DNA from: a bacterium
GTDB lineage: Bacteria > SZUA-182 > DTGQ01
Assembly: GCA_040752695.1 (NCBI GenBank)
Contig: JBFMGO010000032.1
Location: 1-48,158, forward strand
Reading direction: 5' to 3'
DNA: 48,158 nucleotides
The position numbers were made by a program, and so were the translations under genes. Shown in pieces: positions 19,715 to 28,105 of the stretch. The notes below the pieces were generated by a model. The model was not told the origin of the DNA. It made no database searches and saw only the letters and a list, made by a program, of their open reading frames with translations. Each line of letters begins with the position of its first letter. The stretch's first letter is position 1.

Positions 19715-20284
19715 ATGGCAGTAATGATCGTGAATGACCTGAAGCGAGGCGAGATTTTTCAGGTAGACGATGCGCCGTTTGAAGTTTTGGACCTGTCCTT
19801 GCAGACACCTTCCGCCCGCGGAGCAAATATGTTTGTCAAAATCAAGTGCCGCAATTTACTCACCGGCCAGGTATTTGATAAGTCTTTTAGAGGGGGTGAC
19901 AAGGTCGATCAGCCGGACTTCGAACGTCGAAATGGTCAGTTTCTGTATATGGATGGAAAAGATTTCGTTTTTATGGATAAGGGAACCTATGAACAGTTCT
20001 CTCTGTCAGAAGAAGTTATTGCCGATCGGAAGCTGCTCCTTTTGGATGGTATGGATGTAACGCTGCACATTTATAAAGGAAACGTTGTCAATATCTCCCT
20101 GCCTTTGGTCGTGGAGCAGACCATTGTCGAGTGCGATCCGGTAATAAAGGGAGCAACCGCACAGGCACAAAGCAAGACGGCCAGGACCGAAACCGGTCTG
20201 ACCCTTCAGGTGCCAAGTTACATGAAGGAAGGGGAAAGGATCAAGATCGATACCAGGGATGTCCGGTACATCTCCCGTGCCTAG
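19715..20284 (+). CDS. Elongation factor P family protein, EfpL/YeiP-like
   Basis: EF-P three-domain layout (FLYMDG..FMD..TYEQ; TGLTLQVP..EGERIKIDTR..YISRA). Loop TPSARGA instead of KPGKG. ATG 19715 after AAGGAG. Confidence 0.88.
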   Translation: MAVMIVNDLKRGEIFQVDDAPFEVLDLSLQTPSARGANMFVKIKCRNLLTGQVFDKSFRGGDKVDQPDFERRNGQFLYMDGKDFVFMDKGTYEQFSLSEEVIADRKLLLLDGMDVTLHIYKGNVVNISLPLVVEQTIVECDPVIKGATAQAQSKTARTETGLTLQVPSYMKEGERIKIDTRDVRYISRA

Positions 20285-20319
20285 TACAGAACTTCTTCAA
20301 TACGCGGCCACCAAGCCAA

Positions 20320-20371
20320 TCCCCCTCACCTTAGCCTCCCCCAAGGGTGGAGAGGGATAAGGTGAGGGGAA
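20320..20371. repeat. REP-like palindromic element between convergent genes
   Basis: TCCCCCTCACCTTA ... TAAGGTGAGGGGGA perfect 14-bp arms with an inner CTCCCC/GGAGAG imperfect stem. Confidence 0.65.
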
Positions 20372-20413
20372 AACTTTGAGCCAACTGGCCGCGCATTTTA
20401 AGCCAACGTATCC

Positions 20414-21658
20414 TTAGGCCAGGCAGTATAGTCTGGGCTCTTGAATGGATTTGAGTGCCGAAAAAATGCGTCCTTTGATCGTATCCCACACAACTACAGG
20501 GTCCTCGGTCGAGTTTTTCGGGTATCTTTCCTGAATGCACTGAATGGCCATTTTCCCGGCCAGATTACTCAATTGCTTATCTCCCATCATCTGCAATTGA
20601 TTACGGATATGCGGGGGGAGCCCCTGAATCAGGCTCATCATCTCTGGATCCAGATTTTGCAGAGCCGCAGATTCAGATGGGCATGATTTATTGAGATCCT
20701 GTACGGACTCTTGTTCCTCCGCATCCTCTACGTTCTCTGCCTCCTCTGCATTCCCTGCCTCCTCTGTCTTCCCTGCCTCCTCTGTCTTCCCCTTTGTGGA
20801 ATCGTTCTCCTTCAGGGACCGCAGGGTCAGGGGCGGTTTCTCCCGCTCGAACATGGAGGCTACGGCATGGACTATGTCGGCACCGATCTTTTTGGACTGG
20901 TTGGTTTCTCCCGCTTTCAGACATAGTTTGGCAATTTTATTGATCAACCTGGGAACCCCTTTATTGGAATAATCCCAGATAATGGCATAGGCTTCTTCGG
21001 TAAATATTTCAGGAGATCCTCCACACACTTGAAGACGGTGCATCAGATAGTTTTTGACTGCTTCCGGGCCGTTCAGCCCCTGGATTCTGCAATACACGCC
21101 GATCCTTTGGTAGAGGTTTTCCAACGCCTTTGACTCCAGCCGTTTGGTCATTTCCTTCTGCCCGGCTAATACAAAAATGACCATATTCTTCTGATTATCC
21201 TGCAGGTTGGTCATGAGTCGCAACTGATGCAGTTGCTCGGTAGACATAACATTGGCCTCATCGATAAAAATAACTACCTTTTGACCCTGATTGGCGCAGG
21301 TAAAGAGCGTGGCATTAAATTCTTCCATCAGTTGATCTTTGTAATGTGTGGTAATTTTCTTGTTCTGGAGTTGACCGATAATCTCCCGCATGAACTGCAC
21401 CGGTGCCAGGTCCGGATTGGTAACAAAAGCAATCCGGTATTTTCCGGGGTCCAGCTCATTCAGGATAACCCGCAGGCCCAGAGTCTTTCCGGTTCCGATG
21501 TCCCCAACCATGACGGCAAGACAATCATTTCCTTCTTCAATGGCGAATAGGACCTCGGAAATAGCGTCTTCCAGTGAGCTGTTCTTACTCCAATAGAGGT
21601 CAGGGTCTGGCACGTTATCAAAAGGAGCCTTTTCCATTCCCCAATATTGATAGTACAT
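20414..21658 (-). CDS. ExeA-family AAA ATPase (AAA_22) with acidic repeat linker and unassigned C-terminal domain
   Basis: MYYQYWGMEKAPFDNVPDP N-terminus, Walker A GDIGTGKT, Walker B VIFIDEA, VLAGQ, GVPRLINKI. No peptidoglycan-binding domain. (T/A/V)EEAxx repeats. Confidence 0.88.
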   Translation of the reverse strand: MYYQYWGMEKAPFDNVPDPDLYWSKNSSLEDAISEVLFAIEEGNDCLAVMVGDIGTGKTLGLRVILNELDPGKYRIAFVTNPDLAPVQFMREIIGQLQNKKITTHYKDQLMEEFNATLFTCANQGQKVVIFIDEANVMSTEQLHQLRLMTNLQDNQKNMVIFVLAGQKEMTKRLESKALENLYQRIGVYCRIQGLNGPEAVKNYLMHRLQVCGGSPEIFTEEAYAIIWDYSNKGVPRLINKIAKLCLKAGETNQSKKIGADIVHAVASMFEREKPPLTLRSLKENDSTKGKTEEAGKTEEAGNAEEAENVEDAEEQESVQDLNKSCPSESAALQNLDPEMMSLIQGLPPHIRNQLQMMGDKQLSNLAGKMAIQCIQERYPKNSTEDPVVVWDTIKGRIFSALKSIQEPRLYCLA

Positions 21659-21685
21659 ACTATTCTCCTCCTTCCGATCTTTAAT

Positions 21686-22081
21686 CTAAGGGGTTAAAAG
21701 GACCCGCCATTGTTTACCGACTCTTAAACCGGCCAGATTCCCCTTTTGCAGTTGTCGATAAAGGGTTTTTTTCGAAACGTGCAGTATCCTGGCTGCCTCC
21801 GGGACTGTAAAGAACTCTCTGGCTAATGTGCCAGATATCAGAGGTTGAACCGAAACAGTTACCTTAAGAGGTCTATTCAGCCCAGAGGTAATCTCTACGA
21901 CGAACTGCTTGCTCTCCCGTTGAATAGTATTAGCCTCCTCCGTGATGAGAGATTCCAAAAGAGGAAGCTGGAATGCCATGTTAGCCGACTCCTGAGAAGG
22001 ATCACGGGGAGGATCGATTTTTACAGGGAATAGTTGGGCCTTATTTTCCCGGTGCCGCCGGGCGATGCTGATCTTTTCCAT
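21686..22081 (-). CDS. Protein with C-terminal excisionase-like HTH_17 domain
   Basis: FFTVPEAARILHVSKKTLYRQLQKGNLAGLRVGKQWRV. ATG 22081 after GAGGGAG; 27 nt upstream of the ExeA-like gene. Confidence 0.8.
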   Translation of the reverse strand: MEKISIARRHRENKAQLFPVKIDPPRDPSQESANMAFQLPLLESLITEEANTIQRESKQFVVEITSGLNRPLKVTVSVQPLISGTLAREFFTVPEAARILHVSKKTLYRQLQKGNLAGLRVGKQWRVLLTP

Positions 22082-22327
22082 TCGACTGATCTCCCTCTTG
22101 TCAGTGATAAAAAATAGCAGCCTAGCAATTTTCCGCAACCATATCCAACAGCAAGGAGAATGCCAGGGGAAAAGAGGCGATTTTAGGCCATTTGAACTGG
22201 TCCGATTTCATCTTTGTAATATCCTATGGCCAAAAATATTACCTTTTTGTAATCCAAAAGACCATAGACAAAAGCTATCTGCTTCAATTTTCATGGTTTT
22301 TTGTACTCAGTCAGAGCGATTTCACTT

Positions 22328-22356
22328 TTGTATTCTCTGGCCAATCGAGGTATAAT
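22328..22356 (+). promoter_or_regulatory. sigma70 promoter of ygiQ
   Basis: TTGTAT-N17-TATAAT. Confidence 0.55.
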
Positions 22357-22481
22357 AGGATTCAACATGGTGATATCATGAGGAGGGGTTTTCGGTATCC
22401 TGTTGACAGGGCGTTTAATGAGTCTACGCAAAGGCCCTTACTACTACGGATAAAGAGCGATAAAAAGAGGCAAGACAGGAA

Positions 22482-24362
22482 ATGATCGCCACATCTGGCT
22501 GTGATTTTGACATCATTCTCATCAGCGGTGAGCCTTATGCCGACCACCCCCTGTCCGGAGTCGGTGTGATAGCCCGTGTCCTGGACGCCAAAGGATACCG
22601 CGTCGGCGTCATTGGCAGGCCTGACTGGAAACAGGATACGGATTTTCGTAAACTGGGACGACCCCGCCTTTTTTTTGGCATTACTTCGGGTGCCATCGAT
22701 AGTATGCTGGCTAATTATACCCCGCTCAAGCGGGAGCGGGCAACAGACCCTTTTGCGCCCTATCGCTCGGGGATACCCGATCGGGCGATTCTGGTTTACA
22801 GCAATAAAATCCGGCAGCTCTTTCCAGGCACACCGATAGTAATCGGTGGCGTCGAGGCCTCCCTGCGGCGATTCGGCCATTATGATTACTGGCAAAACCG
22901 TGTCCGCAGAAGCATCCTTCTGGACTCTCGCGCCGATATTCTCGTATATGGGCCGGGGGAATTGCAGATCATGGAAATTGCCAGACGGCTGGAAAACGGG
23001 CCTGCTGCTGGTCCAGGCTGGTATAATCCGGCTGGGCAGGAGGGGCCTGAGGGTGATCCGGGAAGGCAAGTACTGGATGAGAAGAATATGGATAGGGAGG
23101 ACTTGAATCAGGATGCCCTTGATGGTATTGCCGGGACGTGTATTGTACGGTCTATACTCCCCCATGGGTTTCGGACGATCCCTACCTTCGAGGAGGTTTC
23201 CACCGATCCGGACCGCTTTTGCGAGGCCCAAAAGCTCTTTTCCAATCAGCAGAACCTGGCTCAAGGCCATGCCAACCGCTTTGTCTTGCAGTACCGGATG
23301 CCGGACTATGGGCCGCTGGACCTTGACTGGATCTATGGATTGCCCTATACCAGAAAAATTCCGGATGACTTTCCCGAACTGGCCATGGCCCGCTTTTCAG
23401 TCGTGACACACCGTGGATGCCTTGGCAACTGCTCTTTCTGCTCCCTGGCCCTTCACCAGGGAACCCGGATCATCTCCCGCAGCGAAGACTCTATCCTGGC
23501 CGAAATTCAGCGTCTGACCAGCCATCCCGACTTCCATGGCTCTATCGACGACCTGGGAGGACCTTCCGCTAACATGTACGGTATGGATTGCCGAATGGAG
23601 CGCGTTACAGAGCACGGTGCGGCAGGGTACGGGACGGCGGACGGGGCAGATCGAGGGACCGTGAGTCATGGCGGGGCACCCTGCCAGAAAGAATGCCTGA
23701 CCTGCACGAGACTCGACCGGAGCCACCGGAGATTAACCGCTCTCCTGCAAAGGACCCGCCGGATACCAGGGGTCAGGAAGGTCTTTGTCCGAAGCGGTAT
23801 CAGGTACGATCTTGCCCTTGAAAGCCCGGCCTATCTTAAGGAGTTGTGCCACCATCACATTTCAGGATGCCTTAAAATAGCCCCGGAACATGTTTCCGAT
23901 AAGGTCTTGCACCTCATGAACAAGGATAATAACCGGCATACTGAACGGCATGGCGACCGGCATGCTGGCAGGGATAGCGACCGGCATTTTGACCTGCTCG
24001 AAGAGTTTCGGCGAGTGTTCAGGCAAATCAATGGACACCGGCCTTGGCACCTTAAATATTACTTTATGGTGGCGCATCCGGGAACAAGCAAAAAGGAGGC
24101 CAAAGAACTGGCCGCTGCCCTGTACAGGCTCCGGCAGGAAGGAGAATATCAGCCGATTGAGGGAGTCCAGATCTTCACCCCAACACCTATGACCCGCTCT
24201 ACTTGCATGTATCACACCGGCAAAGACCCTCTTACCGGCGAGCCGGTATTCGTGCCCCGCAGCTTCACGGAAAAGAAGGAGCAAAAAAAGATGCTTGCCG
24301 CACCGATGGGAGGAATGAACAAAAGCCAACGGCTGCCAGGACGCGGAGGGAAACACCGTTAA
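22482..24362 (+). CDS. ygiQ: YgiQ/UPF0313 family radical SAM protein
   Basis: DIILISGEPYADHP, GGVEASLRRFGHYDYW, HRGCLGNCSFC, DLGGPSANMY, SGIRYDL, LKIAPEH, YFMVAHPG, QIFTPTPMT. Confidence 0.92.
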   Translation: MIATSGCDFDIILISGEPYADHPLSGVGVIARVLDAKGYRVGVIGRPDWKQDTDFRKLGRPRLFFGITSGAIDSMLANYTPLKRERATDPFAPYRSGIPDRAILVYSNKIRQLFPGTPIVIGGVEASLRRFGHYDYWQNRVRRSILLDSRADILVYGPGELQIMEIARRLENGPAAGPGWYNPAGQEGPEGDPGRQVLDEKNMDREDLNQDALDGIAGTCIVRSILPHGFRTIPTFEEVSTDPDRFCEAQKLFSNQQNLAQGHANRFVLQYRMPDYGPLDLDWIYGLPYTRKIPDDFPELAMARFSVVTHRGCLGNCSFCSLALHQGTRIISRSEDSILAEIQRLTSHPDFHGSIDDLGGPSANMYGMDCRMERVTEHGAAGYGTADGADRGTVSHGGAPCQKECLTCTRLDRSHRRLTALLQRTRRIPGVRKVFVRSGIRYDLALESPAYLKELCHHHISGCLKIAPEHVSDKVLHLMNKDNNRHTERHGDRHAGRDSDRHFDLLEEFRRVFRQINGHRPWHLKYYFMVAHPGTSKKEAKELAAALYRLRQEGEYQPIEGVQIFTPTPMTRSTCMYHTGKDPLTGEPVFVPRSFTEKKEQKKMLAAPMGGMNKSQRLPGRGGKHR

Positions 24363-24518
24363 GGCCCGGCGTGTCCCCCCCCCGGCTTGTAGTGTGTAAT
24401 GCTGCGATAGGGCGGAAAGTTTTTCTTGCCGGTTTCTTCTCCTCAAAAGATGAAACAGCCTGCATATCCCTTCTGTCTTGAAGATTCAGGTGCGGTATCG
24501 GATTGGCTTTACGATCAT

Positions 24519-24560
24519 AAAAAAAAGGGCCTATCCGGATACTCTCCAGATAAGCCTTTA
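24519..24560. terminator. Probable bidirectional terminator between ygiQ and fhs
   Basis: A-tract followed by imperfect stem AAAGGGCCTATCCGGA / TCCAGATAAGCCTTT; gives a U-tract on the fhs strand. Confidence 0.55.
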
Positions 24561-24630
24561 GATTTACGCCAATGGAGCAAAATGCCCTGCCCTTTGGCCG
24601 TGACTGCTCTTGATACTTTAAAACGCTTCT

Positions 24631-26394
24631 CTAGAACAATCCTCTCACCTTGCCTGTTTCGGTATCTACATCGATTCGCCGGAAAGCAGGATCGGAGGCC
24701 GTCCCGGGCATCAGCTTAATATCTCCGGCAACCGGCACGACGAATCCTGCTCCACGGTACAGCATGATATCACGGATAGGAAGCGTCCACCCTTTGGGTC
24801 TGCCCTTGACATTCGGGTCATGGGAGAGACTCAGGTGGGTCTTGACCATGCAGGTGCCGAGTTTTGCAAGCTCCGGATCTTCCTCGATCTTCTTTGCCTT
24901 GGCCAGGGCATCGGGAGTATAGGTCACGTCATTGGCGCCATACACTTCGGATGCCAGGCGTTTGATTCTTTCTCTCAAGGGGGTGGTGTCCTCGTACAGG
25001 AAGCGGAAGCTGTTTTCCTCCTTGCAGGCTTCAACGACGGCGTCAGCCAGCTCCAGAGCGCCTTCTCCGCCTTTGAGCCAGTGTTCTGACAGGGCTACTC
25101 TGGCCCCGGTCTGCTCGGCAATGCGGCGGATAGCTTCAATTTCGGCTTTGGTGTCAGTATGGAAAGCATTGATGCAGACCACCGGATTGATTCCGGCCTT
25201 CTTGACCGTTTCAATGTGAGCAATCAGGTTCTGGCAGCCGTTCTCGACCAGGCCCACGTTTTCGGAGGTATAGGCGGCATCCAGCGGTTTTCCCGGCGCG
25301 ACTCTCGGACCGCCTCCATGCATCTTCAGTGCCCGTACCGTGGCCACGATAACTGCGCAGTGAGGTTTCAGGCCGCTGAAACGGCATTTGAGGTTCCAGA
25401 ATTTTTCAAAACCGATATCCGCACCAAACCCGCTCTCCGTGACTACATAATCGGCAAGCTTCAACCCTATCTGATCGGCCACGATCGAGGACTGCCCGAT
25501 GGCTATATTGGCAAATGGACCGGCATGGACCAGCACCGGCTGCCCTTCGAGAGATTGCAGAAGGTTTGGATTGAGTGCCTGCACCATCCAGGCGGTCATG
25601 GCACCATCCACCTCCAGGTCTTTTGTCGTAACCGGCTCTCCACGCCTGTTATAGGCCACAACGATCCTGCCCATTCTTTCCCGCATATCCTTGAGGCCGG
25701 TGGATACGGCCAGAATAGCCATAATCTCGGAGCTGACCGCAATGGCAAAGCCCGATTTCATCAAAACACCATCCATTTTACCGCCATGCCCGATGGTAAT
25801 ATCCCGAAGCGACTGGGCACAAAAATCGATAATCCAGCGCATCTCAATATTCTTTGGATCTATATCCAGTCGCCTCAAGCCCCTTTTGGCCAGATCCGCG
25901 TCGCAGTAATTGGCCTCGTGCTGCAAGCGGGAGGTCAGGGCCACCATGGCCAGATTGTGGGCATTGGTCACCTTGTCAATATCCCCGGTCAGACCCAGAG
26001 AAAAAGGGGTGAGCGGTATGCACTGCGCCAGTCCCCCTCCTGCCGCGCTTCCCTTGATATTAAAGGTTGGCCCGCCGGATGGCTGGCGAATTGCTCCCAT
26101 GACTTTTATTCCCTTCTTTCCAAGCCCCTGTACCAGACCCATGGTCGTAGTGCTTTTCCCCTCTCCCAACGGGGTCGGGGTGATAGCCGTCACATCGATA
26201 TATTTGCCGTTCGGCTTATCTTTCAACCGGTTCAGGATAGCAGCAAAGTCAACCTTTCCCAGGTAGTGCCCCATTGGAATAAGCTCTGTTTTTTCCAGGC
26301 CAAGCATTTCCCCCAATTCAAACACGGTTTTCATCCGGCCTTCTGCTTCTTCAGCAATTTCCCAATCTTTGTGCTGTCTCGGATCTAAAGGCAT
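24631..26394 (-). CDS. fhs: Formate-tetrahydrofolate ligase
   Basis: [83 protein letters not shown]. Confidence 0.97.
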   Translation of the reverse strand: MPLDPRQHKDWEIAEEAEGRMKTVFELGEMLGLEKTELIPMGHYLGKVDFAAILNRLKDKPNGKYIDVTAITPTPLGEGKSTTTMGLVQGLGKKGIKVMGAIRQPSGGPTFNIKGSAAGGGLAQCIPLTPFSLGLTGDIDKVTNAHNLAMVALTSRLQHEANYCDADLAKRGLRRLDIDPKNIEMRWIIDFCAQSLRDITIGHGGKMDGVLMKSGFAIAVSSEIMAILAVSTGLKDMRERMGRIVVAYNRRGEPVTTKDLEVDGAMTAWMVQALNPNLLQSLEGQPVLVHAGPFANIAIGQSSIVADQIGLKLADYVVTESGFGADIGFEKFWNLKCRFSGLKPHCAVIVATVRALKMHGGGPRVAPGKPLDAAYTSENVGLVENGCQNLIAHIETVKKAGINPVVCINAFHTDTKAEIEAIRRIAEQTGARVALSEHWLKGGEGALELADAVVEACKEENSFRFLYEDTTPLRERIKRLASEVYGANDVTYTPDALAKAKKIEEDPELAKLGTCMVKTHLSLSHDPNVKGRPKGWTLPIRDIMLYRGAGFVVPVAGDIKLMPGTASDPAFRRIDVDTETGKVRGLF

Positions 26395-26948
26395 GGTTTC
26401 CCTCCATCAATTTTGAGATGATATTTTGGTTGAGGAATGCAGCGATAATATCGCCAGGTTGAAATTTTTCTTATAAATATCTTTTTCGCTATCCTTATTA
26501 TGGCCTGGGGCACGCATAGTCTAAATAGCTTACGTATAATATAACATAAAGTAAAATACAAAACAATCCTTAACTGGAACAGCGTTTTATTTTTCTCTTT
26601 CCCTGCGCTTTACCACCGTTCACATTTTTATACCTTAATCCCGTCTCCTCCTTCGACGCCATTTGTTAAAAATTCTTCATAATCTGAAGGAGGAATCACC
26701 TCATGGCGATAGAATTAAGGTTGTGCTTGTGCAGCAGCTTCCAGCAAACTTATGGAACCTTTTTCAGTGAAGATAATTCAGGCAGCCGGTAATGACCTGC
26801 ATGATGCCGCTGCCGGTCTAAGGATACCTTCAAGCCTCAAAAGCTATGTGCTTATTATGAGAGGAGGTCCATGCCTGGGAATGCTCTTTTGAAAAACGGC
26901 TTTTTCAGGAAAAAATTCCATTTTAAATTTAAATATTTAATTATGTAG

Positions 26949-26981
26949 TTGACAACCCTATATTTTTAAAGTTATAAATAT
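26949..26981 (+). promoter_or_regulatory. sigma70-type promoter of HTH_17 gene (copy 1 of a 33-bp repeat)
   Basis: TTGACA-N18-TATAAA; 28/33 identical to 27911-27943. Confidence 0.65.
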
Positions 26982-27025
26982 AAATATATATAACTTTGAT
27001 GAGTGATAAACTGAGAGGGTAGCCG

Positions 27026-27208
27026 ATGGATAAACAATACATGAATATAACTCAAGTAGCTGAATTCCTTGCTTTAAAAGTGCCTACCATTAAAAAATAT
27101 ATTAAAAGGGAAATGATTCCTGCCTATAAGGTAGGGGGAAGGTGGTTGTTTGAAAAAAACGAAATTATCAGTTGGGTAGAATCAAGAAAACGCCCAGCAA
27201 AGTATTAG
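27026..27208 (+). CDS. Stand-alone excisionase-like/BldC-like HTH_17 DNA-binding protein
   Basis: YMNITQVAEFLALKVPTIKKYIKREMIPAYKVGGRWLFEKNEIISW; RBS GAGAGGG. Confidence 0.88.
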   Translation: MDKQYMNITQVAEFLALKVPTIKKYIKREMIPAYKVGGRWLFEKNEIISWVESRKRPAKY

Positions 27209-27306
27209 GCAATCCGCTAACAGAATATGGTCTACGAAAGACAATACAGCCTGTGCGGCAGGATAAATAAAAACAGGTGGTGCTGCGAACTGATGTTCGC
27301 AGCATC

Positions 27307-27375
27307 GCAGCAGCGCAGAACAATGTACAGCAGCAGTACGGAACAATGTATTGCAACAGCGCAGAACCATGTATC
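27307..27375. repeat. Three tandem 23-bp degenerate repeats
   Basis: GCAGCAGCGCAGAACAATGTACA / GCAGCAGTACGGAACAATGTATT / GCAACAGCGCAGAACCATGTATC, preceded by a perfect 10-bp hairpin at 27281-27304. Confidence 0.85.
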
Positions 27376-27910
27376 CTTGCATCAGTGCCCCGCAGTATAG
27401 TTGTATAAACACGGAGAGAGTAGCGTCTCGCCTTTACCGAGAAAAAGGAAACCTTTAGAGGGACCAAGGCTTGATCTGGAAGAGTCTCTGTACGCCGCCC
27501 ATATGTCAGCAATCAGCTCATTTTTGTGCCGGCCCGGTCCTGTTGCTGCCTGGTTGTCCTTGCAGATTGAAAAACAGAGAGGACAACTGCACTAATAGCT
27601 TACCGGATGTCACCATCGAGGTCGTTCAACGGGAGGGACTGCTCTTTCTGGCCATCTGCCAAGGAGCAGAAAAATAGAAAACTCCTGCCGGTAAGCTTAA
27701 ATTCAGGCCGCATTCCCTGCTCAGCAAGTTACTGGCTCCTTCGAGATGCCCTTTGCTTAAAAATCGGCCGGTGAATTCCCGTCAAGTGTTCTGATAGGCC
27801 GGTATCATGTCCCCCGGAACCCATTATCTTATCATAATTACAGCGCAGGCAGAGCCGGAATCTTCTGCTGATATAATTTCATCAAACAAATGTAATATTA
27901 CACTATTAAT

Positions 27911-27943
27911 TTGACAATGCTATATAATTAAAGATATAAATAT
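27911..27943 (+). promoter_or_regulatory. sigma70-type promoter of the NHL gene (copy 2 of the 33-bp repeat)
   Basis: TTGACA-N18-TATAAA; perfect palindrome TGTAATATTACA just upstream (27891-27902). Confidence 0.65.
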
Positions 27944-28105
27944 GGAATAAATTTTTATCAGAAAACTGAATATCAAATTATCAGTCAAGAAAATTTTAAA
28001 AAATATTCAACAGAAGATTAGTCGATTATGGCTGATAATCTTTGATGCTCTTTTCCGTTCTTTAAAGAACCAAACCAAAAGAGTCACATTCGGGAGACAA
28101 CAGCT

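Noticed and set aside
26395..26870. ZTP/THF or c-di-GMP riboswitch upstream of fhs
   Set aside because: No ZTP or THF consensus on the fhs strand; CCGGTCTAAG at ~26813 lacks the GCAAA/GAAA P1 elements of c-di-GMP-I.
27411..27470. Glycine-riboswitch-like GGAGAG...ACCGA...AGGGAC
   Set aside because: Lacks the conserved CCGAAG and CTCTCAGG elements, and no glycine-related gene follows.
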